Shown here: in pieces, positions 25,305 through 32,000 of the stretch
Numbering within the stretch: position 1 is the stretch's first letter
How the letters are laid out: each line of letters begins with the position of its first letter
Assembly (NCBI GenBank): GCA_963931495.1
Contig: OZ007020.1
Span: 120,001-152,000, forward strand
DNA from: an uncultured Alphaproteobacteria bacterium
Lineage (GTDB): Bacteria > Pseudomonadota > Alphaproteobacteria > Rs-D84
DNA length: 32,000 bases
Direction: 5' to 3'
Notes under the pieces: generated by a model
Database searches by the model: none
What the model was told of the DNA's origin: nothing
The model's input: the letters and a program-made list of their open reading frames with translations, nothing else
Translations under genes and position numbers: made by a program

Positions 25305-27319
25305 TGAAAAGTAATTTTACATTTTTTATGTTCTTGGTTGTAATACCTGTGGCCGCACACGGTATGGCGGTTGATGTTAATGAACCAAAAACAATAACCG
25401 CAGATAAAATAGAATACGACGTAAATTCAAAAACAATAAAAACATCTGGGAATACAGAAATCGTTAATAAATCGGGCCAGCGCATGACGCTGACCGATTC
25501 TTACCTGACCCAGGGGGGAAAAAATTTATCAGGTTCAGATATAAAAATATGGCTGGGCAACCATGTTTATATTGAATCAGATGATATAACACACAGTGGC
25601 GATGACACAATCGCGTTGGATGCAACATTTACTGCATGTGATAATTGCGACGAATATGGCGACGCATGGAAAATATCAACCAGTAAAATCGTACACGATA
25701 ACAATGACCACACAATAACTTTCTATAACCCAGTATTACGAACATATGATGTGCCTGTATTTTGGTTGCCGGTGTTTGAAATGCCGGACCCATCTGTGAA
25801 ACATAAAAGCGGTTTTTTAACCCCAGATTTTGGTTCAACCAATAATATGGGAACGCAAATAAATCTGCCACTGTATATCGCATTTTCAGATACGCACGAT
25901 ATGACAATTACGACGTCATATCTGACCCAAGAAAATCCATTGTTTCAATTGGAACATCGGTTAAATTTAAGTCATGGGCAATTTCGTACAAATGGTGCAT
26001 ATACGCATAATCGCGCCGGCGAAGATCGTTGGTACATATTTAACAACGATGTAATTGAACTGGGTGAATATGCACGGGCAACTGTATTTTTAGAACGGGC
26101 GTCCGATAAAACATTTTTACAAAAATACGGATTTTACGATGCCCAGCCATATTTGGATTCCGGGGCCCAGATTGAAGTGTTTGGGCAATCAGGATATGTT
26201 GTTGCCGATGCCCACATATTCCAAGAATTGCGCAGCACGACTGGACACTATGTAACACCGGCCGGAAATATTTTACCAAACGTCCGCGCCACATACCAGA
26301 CGGCACCATTGTTCAAAGAAACGTATCTGACATTGGACGCCGATGTGTTGGGTATATCGGGCGATAACACATCTTCACAACGTTTAATTGGCGATGTACG
26401 CATCATATCACCGTGGACACTGTGGGGCGGCAACAGAATCACCGCCAGTTTATCTGCACGATATGATTTATACAATTTTCACAACACTGATATGATTGAT
26501 CGGCAAAAATTTTCAGGACTGAAAAATCGCTTTTTGCCCAGTGGGTATGTTGAATGGGGACTGCCATTATTCAAAACATCCACGCGATGGACCCATGTTA
26601 TTGAACCACGCGCGCGATTAACGGTTATGCGTCATACAGATGAAAATCAATTTGCATTAAATAATGATTCTGCGGGTGCGTTACTGTCAGATGCAACGTT
26701 GTTTTCAGATAATCGTTTTACTGGTCTGGATTTATGGGAAAATGGAACATATGCTGATTATGGCATGCGATACGCCGCATTCAGCCAAAGTGGCGATTCA
26801 CTGGAATTATTTGTCGGACAAACATATGATTTTGACACGCGCGCAGATACAGATATCAACAGTGGATTTCATAATGGCGCGTCTGATTTTGTTGGTCGTG
26901 TTGAATATTCAAACACAGAATGGATTGATATCGCCACGCGTTTTCGTCTGGCGCGTGAAGACTTGTCATTACGCCATATTGAAACAACTGCGATTCTGGG
27001 GACATCAAAGAATTTTATAAACATCGGCCACATCTGGTCACAGCAATTCATTGATGGGTACAGTATTGATGATAATACAAATGAACTGGTCGCAGGGATT
27101 GGTATCCAATTGACGGGACGTTGGTCTGTGCGCTTTAATGCAATATACAATATTACAAATGAAAAATTTCAACGGCATTCTGGGGGAATATACTATAATC
27201 ATCCATGCTATTATTTCGGGATTGGTTACCATCATGACAGTGCTGTTAAAGAAGACTATGTCGGAAATACGACTCTGCAATTCAAATTTGGTATGAGCAT
27301 AGATGGACAGAAATATTAA
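25304..27319 (+). CDS. lptD: LPS-assembly outer-membrane protein LptD (OstA)
   Basis: The signal peptide is MKSNFTFFMFLVVIPVAAHG. An OstA_N-like segment follows (ITADKIEYDVNSKTIKTSGNTEIVNKSGQRMTLTD). The C-terminal domain is a large aromatic-rich beta-barrel. The start overlaps the upstream stop by 1 nt (TAATG). Confidence 0.9.
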   Translation: MKSNFTFFMFLVVIPVAAHGMAVDVNEPKTITADKIEYDVNSKTIKTSGNTEIVNKSGQRMTLTDSYLTQGGKNLSGSDIKIWLGNHVYIESDDITHSGDDTIALDATFTACDNCDEYGDAWKISTSKIVHDNNDHTITFYNPVLRTYDVPVFWLPVFEMPDPSVKHKSGFLTPDFGSTNNMGTQINLPLYIAFSDTHDMTITTSYLTQENPLFQLEHRLNLSHGQFRTNGAYTHNRAGEDRWYIFNNDVIELGEYARATVFLERASDKTFLQKYGFYDAQPYLDSGAQIEVFGQSGYVVADAHIFQELRSTTGHYVTPAGNILPNVRATYQTAPLFKETYLTLDADVLGISGDNTSSQRLIGDVRIISPWTLWGGNRITASLSARYDLYNFHNTDMIDRQKFSGLKNRFLPSGYVEWGLPLFKTSTRWTHVIEPRARLTVMRHTDENQFALNNDSAGALLSDATLFSDNRFTGLDLWENGTYADYGMRYAAFSQSGDSLELFVGQTYDFDTRADTDINSGFHNGASDFVGRVEYSNTEWIDIATRFRLAREDLSLRHIETTAILGTSKNFINIGHIWSQQFIDGYSIDDNTNELVAGIGIQLTGRWSVRFNAIYNITNEKFQRHSGGIYYNHPCYYFGIGYHHDSAVKEDYVGNTTLQFKFGMSIDGQKY

Positions 27320-27327
27320 AAGGAAAT

Positions 27328-28155
27328 ATGATGAAAAAAATACTGTTGATGATAATCGGAATATCATGTATTGGCATGTCGGCAAATGCCGCCAGTGTCG
27401 TTGCCACTGTTAATGGCGAACCAATTACTGATATTGACGTAACTGCACGAACAACACTGATGACCAAGCAAGGAAAAACATCAACCGATAATCGTCGCCA
27501 GGCATTACAGAACATTATTGATGATAACGTAAAACTGGCATATGCGGCAAACTTTGGCGCTGTACCAGATGACGAAACAGTTGCCAAAGAAATTGAAAAA
27601 ATGAAACTGGGCGATTTAACCGCAACTGAACGCGCAATGGCCAATAATGCCGTCAAGGCCGAAATCGCGTGGCAAATCGTGGTTGCGCGCACCGTGTTGC
27701 CCACTGTTGAAATTACAGATGCAGATATTGCCGCAGAACGCAATGCATTGGCGCGCGAAAATGGATTGCCAATTGAAATGACAATTATTCGCCTGGTTGA
27801 TATTCCTGCGGATGTCGCAACAAAACTGACCAAGCCCAAAAATTGTGATGACGCAATGCAAATGGCGCGTAATCTGGGTGGCGTACCGCAAAAGTTCACC
27901 GCACTGCAATACGAATTGGCCCCAGATATTCGCAATCGTGTTATTGATTTGCCACGTATGACATGGTCGCCTGTTGTTGATCGCAGTGTACTGTTGGTAT
28001 GCGATACAAAAAAAACATCTGAATATGGAAAACTGGATGAAATGATTGAACAAAACGCCATGTTCAAACAAGCAATGTTCATTGCCGATCAACAATTAAA
28101 GCAACTGCGCCGCAAAGCGGTCGTTGTAATTAATGATGACAGATATAAATTATGA
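27328..28155 (+). CDS. surA: SurA-like periplasmic chaperone (SurA N-terminal domain, degenerate parvulin-like C-terminus)
   Basis: A signal peptide is followed by VVATVNGEPITDIDV, the SurA_N hallmark. The position after lptD is canonical. At 275 aa it is short, and I could not find a clean parvulin motif. Confidence 0.65.
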   Translation: MMKKILLMIIGISCIGMSANAASVVATVNGEPITDIDVTARTTLMTKQGKTSTDNRRQALQNIIDDNVKLAYAANFGAVPDDETVAKEIEKMKLGDLTATERAMANNAVKAEIAWQIVVARTVLPTVEITDADIAAERNALARENGLPIEMTIIRLVDIPADVATKLTKPKNCDDAMQMARNLGGVPQKFTALQYELAPDIRNRVIDLPRMTWSPVVDRSVLLVCDTKKTSEYGKLDEMIEQNAMFKQAMFIADQQLKQLRRKAVVVINDDRYKL

Positions 28156-29258
28156 AACCCGTATTGTTTAATTTTACAGATGCACAAATAACAGAATTCG
28201 TAACAGAACTGGGCCAGCCAAAATTCCGTGCACGGCAAATTCGTGACTGGTTAAATCGTGGGGCACCTGATTTTTCGGTGATGAAAAATTTGCCGGAATC
28301 TTTGCGTGCGCAATTAAACGAAATTGCACAGACTTTGCCGGTGCGCGTGGTAAAAAAACTGGAATCATCGGACCGACAAACAACCAAGTTTTTATTGGAA
28401 CTGGGTGACGGGGAACAAATTGAATGCGTGCTGATGCGCACCAGTTATGGTAACAGCGTGTGTGTCAGTTCCCAGGCCGGATGTGCCATGGGGTGTAAAT
28501 TCTGTGCCAGCACACTGTTAGGACTGAAACGCAATTTAACAACAAACGAAATTTTCGCACAAATTCTGGTTGCACAGTGGGAACTGCGTGGCGACCGCGA
28601 ATCTGACCGGCATATTCATCCAAACGGTGATGCCAATAATGGCGACGTATCACATATTGTTGTTATGGGTACAGGTGAACCATTGCAGAATACAGAAAAT
28701 GTTATCGGATTTATTGAACGCGCTAATTCAGATATGGGTATCGGATGGCGTAAAATTACTGTATCAACATGCGGCATAGTGCCGGGAATAAAAAAATTAA
28801 CTGAATGGGGACGACCAATTAATTTGGCAATATCACTGCATGCGCCAACCGATGAATTGCGCAGCAGAATTATGCCAATTAATAATAAATACCCGTTAAG
28901 TGATGTATTGCATGCCGCGTTTGAATTTTCTGGATTGCATAATCGGCAATTGATGATTGAATACATTTTATTGGCCGTGCGTAATGAAAACGGTGAACCA
29001 GAATTATTGAATTGTACACCTGAATACGCTGAAAAATTGTCGGATTTGTTGCGCGGGAAAAATTGTATGGTAAATCTGATTCCATGGAATACAGTGGATG
29101 AACGCGACTTTGTGTCGCCGTCGGGCAATGCGGTTCATCGCTTTCAAGATATTTTAATTAAAAATGGAATTCATACCAGAATACGCCGTGAACGTGGTAA
29201 TGACATCGGCAGTGCATGTGGACAATTACGGTTAAATAACAAAAAGGTTAACAAATGA
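28152..29258 (+). CDS. rlmN: 23S rRNA/tRNA (adenine-C2)-methyltransferase, radical SAM
   Basis: The N-terminus is KFRARQIRDWL. The radical-SAM motif is CAMGCKFCAS. GTGEPL and the C-terminal GSACGQL are present. The start overlaps the surA stop (ATGA). Confidence 0.93.
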   Translation: MKPVLFNFTDAQITEFVTELGQPKFRARQIRDWLNRGAPDFSVMKNLPESLRAQLNEIAQTLPVRVVKKLESSDRQTTKFLLELGDGEQIECVLMRTSYGNSVCVSSQAGCAMGCKFCASTLLGLKRNLTTNEIFAQILVAQWELRGDRESDRHIHPNGDANNGDVSHIVVMGTGEPLQNTENVIGFIERANSDMGIGWRKITVSTCGIVPGIKKLTEWGRPINLAISLHAPTDELRSRIMPINNKYPLSDVLHAAFEFSGLHNRQLMIEYILLAVRNENGEPELLNCTPEYAEKLSDLLRGKNCMVNLIPWNTVDERDFVSPSGNAVHRFQDILIKNGIHTRIRRERGNDIGSACGQLRLNNKKVNK

Positions 29259-30001
29259 AATTACAATATGTAACATGTTCAGACCCACGGGAAAACCTGG
29301 CAACTGATGCCGTATTGCAATTGGCACAATCGGCGCCAATTGTAGAAATTGCAATCCAGGCACATCCATCACGTATGTCATTCGGTATGCCACGTAATAA
29401 CTGGTTCGGAAAGCTGTTGACGGAAAGTTTATACATGAACCCATTCCCAAATCTGGCGGTCCACGTGAATATGGAATGGTGTAACGATTTATGCCAAGGA
29501 AAAATTGCCCCAGAAATACAAAATTGGCTGTCTTTGTATCATACAAACGGCAAGCCCGTAATTCGCCGCTGGCAAATTAATATACATGGCAGCAAAACAG
29601 AAACATTTAATGCCGATGCGATTGCAAAATTATTAAATAATTTTCATGACAACGAATTTATTTTTCAATATGGAAATACAGAATACGACAAGATACAAAA
29701 ATTAAACGCAACAGGGGCACGTTTTTCTGTTCTGTATGATATGTCTTGTGGTACAGGCGAACTGGCCAAATCATGGAATTCGCCACTGTTCGCCAATCAC
29801 CCCCAGGGATATGCCGGTGGATTGTCGCCAGAAAATATTAATGAAAATTTGGGTAAAATTGCCCAGGTTGCCGGCAATCGCACGGATATATGGATTGACG
29901 CCGAAGGTAAGTTAAAAAACCCAGTGACAAAAAAATTTGATATAAACCGCGCCAAACAATATATAAATACTGCATTACAATGGAACCAGCGCCAGAAGTA
30001 A
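29255..30001 (+). CDS. Hypothetical TIM-barrel protein resembling phosphoribosylanthranilate isomerase (TrpF-like)
   Basis: The C-terminal half VLYDMSCGTGELAKSWNSPLF...GYAGGLSPENINENL...IWIDAEGKLKNPVTKKFDINRAKQYI parallels the TrpF pattern LLD....GGSGK.FDW.L......LAGGL.PENV.......VDVSSGVE......KD..KI..FI. The N-terminal half is not recognisable. The start overlaps the rlmN stop (ATGA). Confidence 0.45.
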   Translation: MKLQYVTCSDPRENLATDAVLQLAQSAPIVEIAIQAHPSRMSFGMPRNNWFGKLLTESLYMNPFPNLAVHVNMEWCNDLCQGKIAPEIQNWLSLYHTNGKPVIRRWQINIHGSKTETFNADAIAKLLNNFHDNEFIFQYGNTEYDKIQKLNATGARFSVLYDMSCGTGELAKSWNSPLFANHPQGYAGGLSPENINENLGKIAQVAGNRTDIWIDAEGKLKNPVTKKFDINRAKQYINTALQWNQRQK

Positions 30002-30002
30002 C

Positions 30003-30032
30003 AAAAAATACCGGCAAACGCCGGTATTTTTT
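30003..30032. terminator. Bidirectional Rho-independent terminator (TrpF-like gene / rpsO)
   Basis: AAAAAATACCGGC-AAAC-GCCGGTATTTTTT. Confidence 0.8.
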
Positions 30033-30033
30033 G

Positions 30034-30306
30034 TTATTTACGCAGACCTAATTTTTTAATCAAATCTTCGTATTCTGTAACACTGTTCTTTTTGATGTAC
30101 GCCAACAGTTTTTTGCGGCGATTAACCATCTTGTTCAAACCGTGTCTGGAATGCAAATCCTTGTGATTATTTTTCATATGCACGGTTAAGTTGCGAATAC
30201 GTTCTGTTAAAACAGCAACCTGGGACGCGGCAGACCCACCGTTATCCTTGTCACTTGTTTTGAATTCTTTAATTAATTCGCCTTTTTTTTCTTTTGTAAC
30301 GGACAT
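30034..30306 (-). CDS. rpsO: 30S ribosomal protein S15
   Basis: The 90-aa protein contains [46 protein letters not shown], which is unmistakably S15. AAGGAA precedes the ATG. Confidence 0.95.
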   Translation of the reverse strand: MSVTKEKKGELIKEFKTSDKDNGGSAASQVAVLTERIRNLTVHMKNNHKDLHSRHGLNKMVNRRKKLLAYIKKNSVTEYEDLIKKLGLRK

Positions 30307-30322
30307 TTTTGTTTTCCTTTTG

Positions 30323-31204
30323 TTATTTTATTGTTCGTTTCGGACGCAGTGTGCCATCATCAATCATTCCAATGCCAATAAATTCGCCACCAGAATATAC
30401 ACGATATAACCCGTGCGCCATGCTTGTCGCGATAAAACCGCCATTTTTATACAATCTGGCCGATTTACCGTCAAGATTCAGAACCGGAATGCCCCCCAGT
30501 CCAAAATCAATTGGTTCCAGATATTTACCAGAATCCGCACCATTATTAACCAGATTTTCCAGAAAATCAAGTTTTACAGTATCTTTTATATCAACGCCAA
30601 TTGTTTCAGTACGGCGTATCATGTCAACTGTTGCAACCGTACCACACGCGTTCGCAATGTCGCGCGCCAATGCCCGTACATACGTGCCACGTGCACATCG
30701 TACACGGAATTTATATGAATTCCCGTCGGCACCGACCAATTCCAGCGCATCAATATGTACACGACGGGCCGGCAAATTCACCGCCCCGCCACGACGCGCA
30801 ATATCATATGCACGTTGTCCGTCAACATGCAATGCACTGAATGCGGGCGGAATCTGGTCAATATCACCAATGAATTGATCCAGCACCCCACACACATCAC
30901 CATAACCCGGGACAATATCCGTGCGACGGATTTCTGTGCCATATATGTCCAGAGTGTCTGTTTCAAAGCCAAATTGTACGGAAAACAAATACTCTTTAAC
31001 AGATGGACACATATCTTCAACATACGGAATCATTTTTGTTGCCGCGCCAATTGCCACCGGCAACACCCCAGACGCCATTTCATCCAATGTACCAATGTGC
31101 CCAAACTTATGCGCCCCCAGCACACGTGCCACACGGGACGCCGCAGCGCGGCTGAATATTCCAGATGGCTTGTCCAGTAAAATAAATCCAGATATATCTG
31201 ACAT
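30323..31204 (-). CDS. truB: tRNA pseudouridine-55 synthase
   Basis: The sequence [16 protein letters not shown]...[19 protein letters not shown] is the TruB catalytic Asp motif. Size is 293 aa. The position upstream of rpsO is canonical. Confidence 0.93.
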   Translation of the reverse strand: MSDISGFILLDKPSGIFSRAAASRVARVLGAHKFGHIGTLDEMASGVLPVAIGAATKMIPYVEDMCPSVKEYLFSVQFGFETDTLDIYGTEIRRTDIVPGYGDVCGVLDQFIGDIDQIPPAFSALHVDGQRAYDIARRGGAVNLPARRVHIDALELVGADGNSYKFRVRCARGTYVRALARDIANACGTVATVDMIRRTETIGVDIKDTVKLDFLENLVNNGADSGKYLEPIDFGLGGIPVLNLDGKSARLYKNGGFIATSMAHGLYRVYSGGEFIGIGMIDDGTLRPKRTIK

Positions 31205-31351
31205 GGTAATGGTATTAAATCTTATTTTTTTCTTTTGTACAGTATTTTTTCGTTACACAACACATAAAAACCGGAAATAACATTTATTGATTGCCGCCAG
31301 GCAACAAATAATTTTGCCGATAATCTGGCGGTTTTCTTGGGACAGCCCTAT

Positions 31352-31858
31352 TTAATGCGATCGCACACACATTCGTTCGCGTGATGCGCGCGCGATAAAT
31401 TTGGCCAGTTCTGAACGTGCACCTTCGCACTTTGGCCATATCTGGCGCAAATTTTTCAAATCAATAACTGCATCGGCCATGCCATGTTGGAATGGCACTT
31501 CGCGCCATACATGTGGCGTTTCTGTTCCATCTGCACATATATTTGATATCGGCGCTGTTGGTGATTCTATGAACATACGCTTGCCGTCTGTGCGGATGTT
31601 ACGACCAACCCAAAAGCGTGGCCCCCATTTTATATCAGACGTAAAATCATACCCATCCACCGAAAAAATATATTTTGTCCCCAGCCGAAATGATGGTGCC
31701 ACATGTTTATACGTATACACAACAGATGGCGCAATAAAATCATACGCCAACAAAAATTTCTTTAATTCTTTTGGGGATTGCAACACGCGATAATTTTCAA
31801 ACACAGTACTGTTCCATTGTGTATCAAAAACAATTAACGGTCGTACAAATATATGCAT
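31352..31858 (-). CDS. Hypothetical protein, 168 aa, no recognisable motif
   Basis: A clean ORF with AAAGGGGA 4 nt upstream of the ATG. It has no signal peptide or TM helix. It is Trp/aromatic-rich (WGPRFWVGRN, HVWREVPFQHG). Confidence 0.5.
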   Translation of the reverse strand: MHIFVRPLIVFDTQWNSTVFENYRVLQSPKELKKFLLAYDFIAPSVVYTYKHVAPSFRLGTKYIFSVDGYDFTSDIKWGPRFWVGRNIRTDGKRMFIESPTAPISNICADGTETPHVWREVPFQHGMADAVIDLKNLRQIWPKCEGARSELAKFIARASRERMCVRSH

Positions 31859-31877
31859 GTGTTCCCCTTTGTTTTTA

Positions 31878-32000
31878 TCAGCCGAATAAATTCAATTGCA
31901 CATTGTGTTTATCCGGCTGGGCCACACTGGTTTTATTCGTTTTGTCGGGCTTTGTCGGCGTTGGCGGTGCCACATCCACAACGGTAACATTACAACGCTG
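31878..32000 (-). CDS. 3' end of an unidentified gene entering from the right edge of the window
   Basis: Hand translation of the minus strand from 32000 gives QRCNVTVVDVAPPTPTKPDKTNKTSVAQPDKHNVQLNLFG*, with the stop TGA at the complement of 31878-80. Only 40 codons are visible, so this is weak. Confidence 0.3.
   Translation of the reverse strand, partial: QRCNVTVVDVAPPTPTKPDKTNKTSVAQPDKHNVQLNLFG

Noticed and set aside
27282-28082. A 266-aa minus-strand ORF opposite surA, and a 159-aa ORF at 27616..28095.
   Set aside because: The plus strand has a signal peptide plus the SurA_N hallmark and fits lptD-surA synteny with translational coupling to rlmN. The antisense products are Ser/Ile/Ala-rich low-complexity sequence.
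31294-31338. A plus-strand hairpin CCGCCAG...CTGGCGG followed by TTTTCTT in the spacer between truB and the hypothetical gene. An alternative small hairpin, TTGCC-GCCA-GGCAA, would compete with it.
   Set aside because: The loop is long (24 nt). The T-run is on the strand where no gene ends. On the minus strand, where a terminator would make sense, there is no T-run. I cannot support either an sRNA or an attenuator from sequence alone.
1-32000. A scan for tRNA, rRNA, tmRNA, CRISPR repeats, IS termini, transposases and integrases.
   Set aside because: All intergenic spacers are shorter than about 210 bp. I found no T-loop GGTTCGA-type motif, no regularly spaced direct repeats, and no transposase- or integrase-like ORF.

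Overview
The window is densely coding, with about 31 CDS. I recognised no rRNA, tRNA, CRISPR array or IS element. It reads like a rearranged alphaproteobacterial chromosome: a DUF4167-type protein, an RpoH-type sigma factor, and the synteny fragments skp-lpxD-fabZ, yfgM-like/bamB/der, nusA-infB, truB-rpsO and lptF/G-lptD-surA-rlmN. All homology calls come from motif recognition by eye; nothing was searched. Accessory genes interrupt the housekeeping blocks. (1) At the left edge is an operon of three overlapping genes for very large proteins with type IV prepilin N-termini, which look PilV/tip-adhesin-like. The third gene is absent from the ORF track because it runs off the window. (2) A small major-pilin-like gene and an OmpA-domain lipoprotein gene sit directly behind dnaX. 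(3) An orphan TraG/VirD4-family type IV coupling protein has no other T4SS or relaxase gene nearby. (4) A phage tail-fibre-like gene and a Yip1-type membrane protein are inserted between bamB and der. (5) A TrpF-like TIM-barrel gene is translationally coupled to rlmN. (6) Unknown genes occupy the rbfA slot upstream of truB. The best candidate for an undescribed system is the tandem PilV-like trio, possibly working with the dispersed pilin, OmpA-lipoprotein and coupling-protein genes. Four of the five convergent gene pairs carry clean bidirectional terminators. Several genes appear leaderless, and nusA has a promoter plus a strong leader hairpin.
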